Positions 12,052-22,928 of a stretch of 64,000 nt of DNA are shown here, in pieces. The position numbers and the translations under genes were made by a program. The notes under the pieces are model-generated. The model was not told the DNA's origin and did not search any database. It worked only from the letters and a program-made list of their open reading frames with translations. Each line of letters opens with the position of its first letter. The first letter of the stretch is position 1. The DNA comes from Euprymna scolopes (lineage: Eukaryota): the NCBI GenBank assembly GCA_053919585.1, contig CM132801.1; one strand, 5' to 3'.

Positions 12052-13016
12052 AAAAAGGATATTGTAAAACCTGAATCTTATTTGAAACTACTATTAAAAA
12101 ATAGCGCGGTACAATAAGTGCATAAGCAAACTTTTCAAAAAGAAAAATATTTAAAAAATATTTAGTTTATGCTTGCTAAAAAAAAAAAAAAACGTAAATG
12201 TTTGAAAATAAACAAGCAACAACGCGTAAATGTTTGGAAAAATAAAACTTAAATATGTTTGCAAAAACAAAAAAAAACAAATTTAAATATGTTTGCAAAA
12301 AAAACAAAAAAAAAACATGTTTAAAATTAAAATATAACAAAAACATTTATTTTTATTTCAAGAGTGGCATTGTAAACATTTTGTGCTTCCGTAACTGGGT
12401 GGACAGACAGTAACGCCACCTATAGTCAAACGGAGGAAACAGGCTCTCTCTTTCTTCACGATTACCACAAATGTTATCAAAGGCAAGATAAGTTACTTTT
12501 CTACCAAACTGGATATAATTTTCGTGTTTTTATTCAATTTAACATGTTTATTCAGCTCGAAAAGCATACAGTGTTTACCGATGTATTGGAAAAATTCAAG
12601 ATGGCGGCCGATTCTCTCTTTAACACGGTAAGTTCAGGAAAAGGTGTTATAAATAATAAACTAGACAAAATACTATTAAAAACCACCGAATATATGTCAA
12701 GTTATGTCACGGTAACATATATTGAGCGAATTTCTAACAGTATTTTGTCTAGTTTATTATTTATTACACCTTTTTCCAAACTTATCGTGTTAAAGAGAGA
12801 ATCGGCCGCCATCTTGAATTTTCCAATACATACATCGGTAACGGTAAACACTATATGCTTTTCGAGCTGAATAAACATGTTAAATTGAATAAAAACACGA
12901 AAATTATATCCAGTTTGGTAGAAAAGTAACTTATCTTGCCTTTGATAACATTTATTTGTTATATATTTGTTTTTTGACAACTTTTTCGAATCTATGTGTA
13001 CAGTAATACAAACCCG
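11398..13016. mobile_element. Foldback element A (~600-bp near-palindrome), here expanded by nested foldback B
   Basis: CGGGTTTGTATTACTGTACAC...GTGTACAGTAATACAAACCCG; ~275-bp arms; uninterrupted copy at 63307-63904. Confidence 0.92.
11466..12467. mobile_element. Foldback element B nested in A, with long TIRs, T/A-rich subrepeats and a central (AT)n
   Basis: TGGCAATCGTGAAGAAAGAGAGAGCC...GGCTCTCTCTTTCTTCACGATTACCA; CAAATG duplicated at 11460-11465 and 12468-12473; absent from the 63307 copy of A. Confidence 0.92.
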
Positions 13017-13257
13017 ATTTCTGTCCTGCCGTTATTTTAACCAGGGTTAAATTGGCCTGTTTTCACAAGCCTGCTACTTAACGCTGACGCTACCTCCCTT
13101 ACCCTTTTAGCCTTTGAACTACTGTCTCCTTTCTGTGGTCTTGTTTGAATTAGAGAGTGCTTTTTTGTATTTCCCTTTTTTGTTGCAGGCGAACGTGAAT
13201 TTATTTTAAACTTTTGTATTTTTAAATTTTGTTGGTCTAATTATTGTAAACCTCACG

Positions 13258-14332
13258 ATGTCGGTCGATTCATCTTCATCTTTCCTTGTTAAGAAACGAA
13301 GTTCTTACAAAGGCAGAATTGTGACTGCCTTAGATTTATTAAAGTCAAGAGGAGAAAGTTTGTCCAGGGATTATTTTCAATCCGAGAGAGCCATAATAGA
13401 GGATTGGCTGGCGTCGGTAAATCTGTTAAGTGAACAGATTTGCGACCGCCACTTGGAGGAAGATGGGGACGAGTCTGTCGTTTCTACGGACTATAGTGTT
13501 GAGGTTGAGTTTGCCGCGGGTATCAGAATGGATCTCTTCAGTTTAGCTAGCAGGTTTGACAAGCTTTCTGTCACCCCCCCCCCCAGTGAGTGCTAGCAAT
13601 ATTGAAAGGGCACCTATTCACCATACTTTGGCACCCAAGTTAAATTGTCCAACCTTTGACGCCAGTTCCTTGGATGCGGATAAATTTGCGTTCAAGAACT
13701 TCTTATCCCAGTTTGAAAACTGTGTTATGAACGTAGCGTCTAAGAGCTTACGGCTCCAAATTCTAAAGAACCATCTCTCTGGTTATGCTTTCCAAATCGT
13801 GGAACCCTTAACCATTTCTGAGGAGAACTATCAGGTTGCGTTGGACCTCCTGACTGAGGAGTTTTTGGATCGGGAGTGTATTGTAGATGCAATTTTGGAG
13901 CAGATTTTTGGCTCAAAACCCATGTTGTCTGAGGACTTTTCTTCAGTCAAGCATTTTTTGACAAAGATGAAGGCGGATCTTCTCGAATTGAAGAATTCGT
14001 TTAATATGGATTGTTTGGAGGAGGGTAGTTCCGGCCACAGGGTGATGAGTCATGTGATCTTCGCCAAGTTGCCTGGAATGTTGAGAAGGGAAATGATTCG
14101 TACTGCAGGATCGAATTATCCTTTTCTGGAACAAATTTTTGCGTCCTATAATAGCATTATTCGGACTTTCCTCTTAACTAAGCCACGGGCAGCTAGTAGC
14201 CATGCGCTTGAAAAGCATAAGCCCAATTATTCCTATGGTGGGAGAGCTGTAGGCAAGACCCTCAAAAAAGATTCCCTGAATAGAAAACCTACAACCTTGG
14301 AAAATTTCAAGGTTGCGTCAAAGGTGGTTTGA
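13258..14332 (+). pseudogene. BEL/Pao gag (DUF1759-like region), frameshift at the poly-C run near 13574
   Basis: FKNFLSQFEN...LKNHLSGYAFQIVEPLTISEENYQVALDLLTEEF; ORFs 13258-13596 and 13556-14332. Confidence 0.85.
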
Positions 14333-16228
14333 TACAAATGCAATTTTTGTATGACCAATGAGCATATTTCTTTCCTTTGTAGGAAATATGTTTCCTTGGA
14401 GGAGAGACTTGCACGCTGCAAAACAGCTAATTTATGCACTTTGTGTACCAGTCGCATACACCCTACTTCCCGTTGTCCTGGCAAGACTGATAGTCTTGCC
14501 TTCCAATGTTGGCAGTGTAATAGTAGAAGTCACTTTGGTGCCCTTTGCCCAGTGATTAAGAAAGCTGATGTAACATCCAATGTGTGTTATCAAAGTAGAG
14601 ACCAGCATCAGGATCTCCTCCTACCCATCATGAGTATTAGGGTCATTAAAGGAGGTAAGGAGCAATGCTTTAATTGTTTGTTGGACACTGGGAGTCAGCG
14701 ATCCTACCTGTCGAGTGGGTTGTTAAACCAGATAGGGTACAAGGAAGGGATAAGCGATTCAAAAGTGTATGATGTCAATACCTTTCTTGGTTCTGTCCGT
14801 AAGAGTATGAGAGAGGTTGGTCTGTCAGTGGTACTATCTGAGGGTACCCGTGAGATACCCTTCTTGATAGATGATGATATAGACATGAAATTCACTGTTC
14901 CTGGATTGTCATCAGCAGTCAGGAATTTCTCTCAGAAGTCTGTTAGGTTAGCTGTGGATTTTTCGAATGTCAGAAATGATACGATTCACGTTCATGGGTT
15001 GGTTGGTGTGGACCTGTTGCAGTACTTGCACTCAATGAAATTAATCAAGTTCTTGAATGGATATGCATGGGAGGTCGCTCAGGGCATTATCCCCTTTGGA
15101 AATGTTGAACATTTTCAGCTCTTGGAGACGAGCTCTGCTGCTCGTGACTGCATGCAAGTGAACAATTATCAAAGCATTATCTCCCAGTATTCTGCATGTC
15201 CTGTCACACATGTTAATTTTGTAATGAATCCCAAGGCTGACTACCTGGATCCTTGTCAGACATTTGAAGAGTCGAGTGTGGAGCGGAAGCTGGACATGAT
15301 GTTCAGTTTAGAATCATTGGGGTTAAAGGATGACAATCCTATAAGCAGCTTTGATAAGTCCAAGATTAGTGCTTTCCGTGACTCCATAGTTTATGAGAAT
15401 GATACTTATTACGTGGAGCTGCCTTGGGAAGAGGACAAGATCAAGTCTGTCCCTTCTAACTATAATGTGGCATTGGGAGTCCTCGACCAAGTAGTCATGA
15501 ATCTGACAAAGAAACAGCTCTATGAGGACTACTGTAAAGTTTTCCTTGAACAAGAGAAGGAAGGCTTCATTGAAAGATGCCATATTGAGCCGGCACAGTA
15601 TAAAAGTTATATTTGGATCCCACATAGGCCTGTGTTTAAGAATGACTGTCAAAGTACCACTAAAATACGGCCTATGTTTAATTGCTTTCTCAAGACGGGT
15701 GGCTGTCCTTCTCTTAATGAAGCGGCCTACCCAGGCATAAATCTGTTCACTGATATGTTGGACCTGTTGCTTAAATTTAGGACAGATAGGTACGTGTTAC
15801 TCGCTGACGTCAGGAAAGCCTTTCTTATGATCAGGCTAAAGAAGGACTCGGATAAAAATAAATTCTGTTTCTTCTTGAAGTTAAGCCAGGAGTTAGTTTG
15901 CTTCCGATACAATACACTTATCTTTGGATTTGTTGCCAGTCCTTTCATTTTAAATTATGTGCTTAAACATCACTTGAGCAAGTATGAAGAGAATGCCTGT
16001 ATAAAGATGCTTAGCGGTCATTTCTATGTGGACAACTTAGTTAAAACCCATAATAGCCCTGATGAATTGTTGTCCCTTTACCAGGAAGCTGGCAAAATAA
16101 TGTTAGAAGGTAATTTTCTACTAAGGTCCTGCAACTCTAATAATGAGCTGTTGAGATCTCAAATGGAAAAAGATGGGAGTTTGGTAGTTCACAATTCCTG
16201 TTTCGAGAAGGTACGAGGGTATTTATAA
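14333..16228 (+). pseudogene. BEL/Pao polyprotein segment: three CCHC knuckles, aspartic protease, reverse transcriptase
   Basis: CNFCMTNEHISFLC, CTLCTSRIHPTSRC, CWQCNSRSHFGALC; LLDTGSQRSY; ADVRKAFL; FGFVASPF; YVDNL. Same frame as the flanking ORFs, bounded by premature stops. Confidence 0.93.
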
Positions 16229-18421
16229 GATCCTAGCGCCGATAAGATTAGCGTTTCCTGCAGTGCCCTCCATACTGGTGCAAGTACTAAGCGAGAAATA
16301 CTTTCACAAAACTCTAGTGTTTTTGATCCTTTGTCGCTTTGTCTCCCAATTACAATTAAGGGGAGACTGCTCTTACGAGAGCTGTGGAAATTGAAGTTGG
16401 GCTGGGATGCCCAGATTCCGGCTGAATATCTGTCTGCATGGAATATTTTATTTGAAGACTTTACGCAACTGAACTCTCTGGAATTTCCTAGATACGTGAT
16501 GGATAGTTCGGCTCCTGCTCAACTGGTGGTGTTCTGTGATGCCTCTCAGAAGGCCTATGGATTTGCAGCTTATATGGTGCAGGGGTCCTCTCAGAATTTG
16601 ATATTTGCCAAGTCAAAGGTGGCTCCTTTAGCAAGTAGAACTTTGCCGACCTTCGAGTTGTTGTCGGTTTATTTGGCTCTAAAGTGCCTCCCCAGCTTAC
16701 TAGAATCTTATCCAGGTATGGTGTTCTCAGACATCTCTGTAGCGGTTGATGCACAGATTGTTTTGTCTTGGGTGTTGTCCGATACCCTCAAGACTAAAAA
16801 CCAGTTTGTAAAAAACAGGTTAAAAGATATTAAGCAGAATGTGAGTGTGATAAGAGAAAAATATCTTGTGGACATTAGATTTAGATACGTCCCCACATCG
16901 GATAACCCTGCTGACTTGATCACGAGAGGTATTGCTCTGAAGAAATTTAAGACCCAGCTCGGATTCTGGCTTTATGGACCTGCCTGGTTGGCAGATGACT
17001 GTGTTAATTGGCCCATTAGTGAGCTGAATTGTTTGAGTGCTGACAACCGCATGGTTGTTCTGTCTAATGCCATTCAAAAGGTGGGGCCAGCCCCTGAAGA
17101 AGGAGGCTTAATTGGTTTGGAGAGATATTCTTCGCTCGCTAAACTAATGAGGGTGACTACTTATTTGTTTAGATTTGTAAATCGGTTGAAGAAGCGTGAT
17201 AGGGACCCTGCACTGTGTGCTAAGTTATATTTGTTCAAGCATGTGCAGTCGCAGTTTTTCTCTGAGGAAAAGCAGTTTTTGTTGAATCCGCAAGGCAAAC
17301 AGGTGCCCCATTTAGTTGTGGATCTAAACTTGTTTATAGATGCTGAGGGTTTGATTAGAACCCGAGGAAGGATGGGTAAAACCGAGTTTTATAATTATGA
17401 GGTTTTGTACCCTATACTGCTGCCGAGAAATTCACACCTTACATACCTTATAATCTTAAACAGCCATTCAGACTGTAAACATCTGGGTATTGCTGCCACA
17501 CTTAACAAATTCCGTTTGTCTGGTTTCTGGGTGCCCAGGGCAAGGCAAGCAGTTAAAACTGCAATTTCCTCATGCAGTTTGTGTCGGAAATATAACTCTA
17601 TTTCCTTTAGATACCCTAAGGTGACAAATTTGCCTAAACATAGGGTTAATTTGATTCGACCTTTCCTGCATACAGTAGTGGATTTTACGGGTCATTTATG
17701 GATACGGACCGATAGTGGAGATAAGGTCTATCTCCTGTTGTTTACATGTTTAAGTGTTCGAGCTGTCCACCTGGAACTCATCGATGATATGAGTACGCAT
17801 TCGTTTGTGTCAGCTATGATTAGGTTTGTCAACATTTATGGTATTCCTACGCGTTTGTATTCGGACAATGCTAGATCCTTTGTAGCGGGTAGTAGTCTGT
17901 TTGAGAAGCTGTATACCTCCGATGAGTTCTCCGATCAATTGGGAAAGTACAACATTAAACATTTGGCGATACCCATGTATTCCCCCTGGTTTGGCAGTGT
18001 CTGGGAGAGATTGATCAAGACTGTTAAACTGTGCCTATACAAGTCTATAGGTCGGGGTAGAGTCGATTACTTCGATTTGTTAACTGAGATGTCTGATATA
18101 CAAAATGCTGTAAATTCTAGACCTCTCACATATAGATGTTCAGGTGATTCTGGTTTGGAAGTCATTACGCCCAATAGTTCCATTCGCCCAAATTATAATG
18201 GTGAGGTCTTCCTTAGAACAGACAAAGATGTGTTCATGGATGAACCCCCTGCAAGAACGAGCCTTGTGGAAGCATTGGATTCGCGGGACCTACTATTGAA
18301 GGATTTCCGCAGAGTCTGGCACCAAGAATACCTACTCAGTCTGCGCGAACAGAGTAAGGACTTGTACCAGAATAACTTTCATAATATTATTCAGGTTGAT
18401 GACGGTGAAGAATCCTGCTAA
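16229..18421 (+). pseudogene. BEL/Pao RNase H (Pao peptidase A17-type region) and integrase
   Basis: FCDASQKAYG, AKSKVAP, NPADLITRG, HHCC zinc motif, VDFTG, SDNARSF, PWFGSVWERLIKTVK. Confidence 0.93.
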
Positions 18422-18725
18422 ATCTCGGCCTTATTGGTACTTGGGTAGAGTATTGGAACTCGTGGGAGGAGATGATGAAAATGTAAGATCTGTTAAATTG
18501 AGGAGGTCAGATGGTGGAATTCATAGCCATTCGCTAAAGCACCTGTACCCTCTGGAGTTGAGCTTGACTCATTCTCACCGGGCAGCTAATCCTCCTAATG
18601 AGAACGCTAATGAAGCAGTTACCCCTGTCGATCAACCTACGGACCAAGGTGTTAGATGTGGAAGACCTCAAAGACGCAGGAGGAGGAGGAGGTCTGATAA
18701 TGAACATGATTTTTTGTGGTATTAG
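18396..18725 (+). pseudogene. BEL/Pao integrase C-terminal (DUF5641-like) segment after a frameshift
   Basis: WYLGRVLELVGGDDENVRSVKLR...LYPLE. Confidence 0.85.
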
Positions 18726-18866
18726 ACCGAGCTAGTCGTCGTTGTTGTTTTGATTTTTTTTTTATCTGAACATGTCTCAACTGTACATCGTGTGGTATTG
18801 TGAAAATTTTCGTATTGTAAATTTTACAGGTGTCATCCAACTGTATGTTGACTGCCATTTCCTGTT

Positions 18867-18875
18867 GGGGGAGAA
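18867..18875 (+). promoter_or_regulatory. Polypurine tract
   Basis: GGGGGAGAA directly 5' of the 3' LTR TG. Confidence 0.8.
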
Positions 18876-19617
18876 TGTTGGAATTTTTTCTGTTTTTACA
18901 CCAACAATTATATACTCCCCCCCCCCTGTGTATATACTTATATCTTTTATGCTGGTTCATGATTTATATTTATATATATTGTTTTATTGGATTGGGTTTC
19001 GTGTCCTTTTTTTTGTACGAAACTACTACGATTTTGAATAAAACCCTGCTAACTCCGTTGTGCTGAGGTCCAAGAGAAGAGGCCTTCCTTTTTTCGAATT
19101 CACCAGCTAGGCAGGAGGACGTGCATCCCATCAGCTGAGCGTGAATCCTAAAGCCTTTCCCTCCAAGAAGAACTGTACAACAGTACAACACAGTAGACGC
19201 GACGAGGCGGTTCTCCTTTCAACTTCTATTGGGCACTGCTACGGAGAGAGTGTTTTCAGGGAAAGAAACTCATATTCAAAGAAGTGATACAAGCTTCAAA
19301 CCCTTTCCATAGACTTGGAGCAAGCAGCGAGCCTTTAATTTAATGAATTTAAAAGGTGCTTTAACTTTGAACATTATTTTTGTGAGTTCCTTTATTTAAG
19401 GCTTTATTTCGGAAGTACTTTTACTTTTAATATTTTCTGTGGTAGTCGGGTTGACAAACGACCCTTCCGTTAAAACATTGTTTTATATAGAAGAACCAGC
19501 ATTTTTTGTTTTGTTACTGTAATATTGCGAGCGTGTTTTGTCTTCGTTATTTTGGCGTTTCTTGTTAATGCCGGCAAAGGGAAACAATTTGCAACTGTTT
19601 TCTGTAAATAAAACCTA
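18876..19617 (+). repeat. 3' LTR of the BEL/Pao element
   Basis: Direct repeat of the 5' LTR; end set by loss of homology and the TTTTT flank (alternative end 19633). Confidence 0.9.
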
Positions 19618-19944
19618 TTTTTCATTTCAAACAAGACCTGTATTAACTTCTTTACCCCCATTTCTTTCTTAATTTTATCCTCTTATTTTTTTTGCTGGCT
19701 TTGTTCACGCGTCGAATTTATCTGGAAGCAAGATAAATTTCGACATTTTATTATTTTTAATTATTTTTTATGTTCCTGTTTTTAAATTATTTTTTTAAAT
19801 TATTGTTCGAGATTATATAAAAATTATGCTACGCGGAAAGTTTCACATTCATGCACGCAAGGAAATTATTAAAATCTTGCATATAAAAATTATGCGAAAT
19901 CTGTAATTTAAAAAATAAAAAGTAGAAATATTTTTGCTATTATA

Positions 19945-19980
<36 letters not shown>

Positions 19981-21434
19981 TATTCAATAAACAATGCTTA
20001 ATTCAATGGTAATATAGGTAGTTCGAGAAATTCATTTTTCTTCGAGTTATATCGAATTCATTAATACGGATTTTAGGGGCTTTTTTTTGTAATGTTCCTG
20101 TAAAAAAAGCAAAAATAAATTCTTGCGTTTTTTTTTTTATTTAATACTGAAAATTATAACTTTAGCAAAGGTATTTTTTGTTTAAACAAAATAATACATT
20201 TCCATTCAGATTTAAATAAAAATAATCAGTTCATTATATTCCGCGATCATTATTTGATAAATACTGAAAATTTGAATAAAATTGGTTAATACAGATTTTT
20301 GGTGAATTTTTAAGTAAAGGGAGGGGTCAAAATGATTATACATTTTGAGTAGGCACCGCCAAAACTGGGGGGGGGGGACAGGTAAGTACTTTTTGACGGA
20401 CCGTCTTTTTAAAAATCTACCAAAAATCAGGTCATTATCCGATCAATACGAAATTTTCAGCAATTATTAAGAGAAGAATGAACTTTATACCAGTGTACTT
20501 ATTTTTCATAAACGATATTTATATATATATATTTTTGCTTACACCCCCCCCTTGTTTTGAGGGGGGGGGTCCAAATATGCTTAAAATAATCATCTGAATT
20601 TGAACAAAACATATTGTGTTGTTGTAAGGGACAGGATTATAAATTAAAAAACAACAAAAATTGTTTGCATAGCTTATTTTGACGTCTGAATATCAGAACT
20701 TCGATTGTGTTTAGTTTAATTATCCCGCTTTTGAGTTGTGAAGTGTGAAATTCGGTGAATATGTTAAGTAAAATAATTAGTTTAAGTTAAGCAAAACAAC
20801 AGAAATTTTTTTTTTAAATATTTATACGAAAAAAGCCATTTTAAAATCTTTGATAAATAAATTAATTTTTTTTTTTTTTAGCGAGCCGAATAATGCATGA
20901 CCATTATTAAACAGGGCATGCTTTGAAGAATCGATACAAAAAAAAGTTCGATAAATATTGTGTCCTTTGTGTTAAAAATAGCATTATTTTTTCGATCCCG
21001 TTTGAAAACGTTTGCCGCCTTTCGACTACGATGGACCAAACGCGCTGCGCTGAAATAATTTTTTTTTTATTCTGCTTTAAATTGCCCCCCCCCATTTTGG
21101 GGAGCCTGGCCCCCACACACATACACATTAAAAACCAAACTCATACAAATGGTCACCCATCTGGTACTGGCCAGCCTCAGCGTTAATAATACATTAAAAT
21201 TTTCGTCACTGAAAAATAAGTGTTTTTTTGGCCTGTTTGGTTTTCCATAGTTTGCTTTTTATTAAGCTAAGCACAAATGTAAACATTGTCTAGATCGACG
21301 CGAAGTAACTAGTTGCCTATATGAATAAGTTGAATTATCTGAAATCCAGGTACTTATATTATAATATTTTTGCATATTCTCATAGAAAATCACCCTAAAT
21401 CTTAGTTAGACAACAAATAAATTATTTCAAAAAC

Positions 21435-21465
<31 letters not shown>

Positions 21466-21829
21466 ATTTATATATGTTTTTTGTGCAAACAAAAAATGTC
21501 AATTGTTAACTTTTTGGGAAAATTTAACATTTAAAATTTAATTAAAAATAGTAGAAAAAGTTTTACATTATTCTGTTTTCTATATGATAAAATTCAGGGT
21601 TTTATCTTTCTGGAAAAAAAAGTTACTCAGAAATAATGGATTTTAATAAATGTAATTTCGTTTTAAAAAACAACTTGATTTTTCGGCCATTTTTGGCGGT
21701 GTCTAATTTTGAGCATCATCGCCATTCATTTTGCCCGTACCTAGCTATTACTTAGTTTAGGAGTGGATCCTGTATGTATGTTAACATATCTAACTTTATA
21801 TAGACACAGATAAATATTATATGAAAATA

Positions 21830-22109
21830 TAATCGATAATAATCTCCATTTTCAAATAAAATTTAAAACACAACTTTTAGAGGAAGAATATGTGGATTGT
21901 AATACGATGGCCGTGGTTATACATGTTTTGAGAAGCAGAAAGATTTTGTGAGTGTTCACCGGAAACACGTGTAAGAAGCGAAACCAAAATCCCAGAATTC
22001 AATTTCCGGTTTTTTCACCGGTGCATTTTAGGAAAATCTCAACTTCAAACTATCGATCTTTAAGTTATTTAGTTACAGTACAATCCATTTTTTTTTTCGA
22101 TCTGAATTG
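21830..22109 (+). promoter_or_regulatory. Candidate SF3A2 promoter and non-coding first exon
   Basis: DRE-like ATCGAT motifs, ETS-like CCGGAA/TTCCGG, CACGTG, donor G|GTAAGT at 22110; the acceptor at 26750 upstream of the ATG requires a 5' UTR exon. Confidence 0.4.
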
Positions 22110-22512
22110 GTAAGTTCAATACTTGGTGTATGTTCTTTTTGCTTTATCGATTATGTGTTTCATAATATTCTCTGGAATAAAATGACGCCGTTTACTGTTT
22201 TAATAGTAAACAAGTAACCGAGCAGTGCTTTCTGCTTGGTCTTTTTCCGCGCGTTGGTTTCTTTTTTGTTTTTATCTGCTCTGCGTTAAGGCATTTGTTC
22301 AGTTAAAAATGTGCTTCGATGTTTCTTCTTAGAGTTTAAAACAGAATTCATTTCATAGTTTCATACTCCTATTTATTTAATGAAATAATATTCGTAAGTG
22401 AGACGAAGGAGAAAGCTAATTTGTTGTGAATCTGGTACACAAGGTCTCGTTTTGATGTCGGGAAAATCCAGTTATAAAAAGAGGGCATTCTGGATCGAAA
22501 CAAAAATAAAAC

Positions 22513-22717
22513 GGTATTTTTTTACGACCTGCCCCAGCATAGTGTAAACACCCCCACTACCCCATGTTAAGAGCGGCTTTCGGAATAAACACCGCCCAAC
22601 CTCCTCATGTTAAGAACGGCTTTCGAGGTTGAGGGTGTTTGTTCTGAAAGCTGTTCTTAACATGGTGAGGTTGTTTATACTACGCTGGAGCAGGTCGTAA
22701 AAAAAAAAAAAAATACC
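22513..22717. mobile_element. Small MITE (~205 bp)
   Basis: GGTATTTTTTTACGACCTGCCCCAGCATAGTGTAAACA inverted at 22673-22717; internal CATGTTAAGA subrepeats. Confidence 0.75.
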
Positions 22718-22928
22718 AAATTTACCAATAAAACTGGTTCAGTGTAGAAGAATTTGTTCTTCTTCACTGACCGAGGACATAAAATATTAAGTGCAGCAGC
22801 ATCAGAACAGATACTACACTTTGCAAAACTTATTTCTAATAAGATATACAATATAAAAAAATTCTGAAAACAAATTAGACACAAGGTCATTCAAAAGTGT
22901 GGGGGAGCAGAAACGACCGTGGCGTACC

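Larger units (their letters stand above)
10659..19617 (+). mobile_element. BEL/Pao LTR retrotransposon, near full length, disabled
   Basis: Two ~740-bp highly similar LTRs starting TGTTGGAA; polypurine tract before the 3' LTR; TTTTT on both flanks (10654-10658, 19618-19622); gag-PR-RT-RH-IN order with Pao-type motifs. Confidence 0.95.
10076..21743. mobile_element. Non-autonomous hAT-type DNA transposon (~2.7 kb without the nested retrotransposon)
   Basis: TIRs TAGGTATGGGCAAAA / TTTTGCCCGTACCTA (14/15); 8-bp TSD GCTATTAA (10068-10075) vs GCTATTAC (21744-21751); no transposase ORF. Confidence 0.75.
8215..21772. mobile_element. TA-flanked MITE-like element with ~90-bp inverted ends; outermost host of the nest
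   Basis: 8215-8310 (CAGGATGCACTTCTAAA...CTGCTAGGCTTAAGGGG) matches the reverse complement of 10012-10075 joined to 21752-21772; TA at 8213-8214 and 21773-21774. Confidence 0.55.

Noticed and set aside
12544-12980. Opposite-strand ORFs with similar peptides (also 63680-63868)
   Set aside because: Consequence of the palindrome; frames are not conserved between copies.
14330-14332. Programmed gag-pol readthrough at TGA
   Set aside because: The stop lies before the gag zinc knuckles; BEL/Pao usually has a single ORF and this copy has other lesions.
19618-19660. Alternative 3' LTR ends at 19633 or 19660
   Set aside because: Neither gives a perfect TSD, and LTR homology stops near 19617 where TTTTT follows; not fully excluded.
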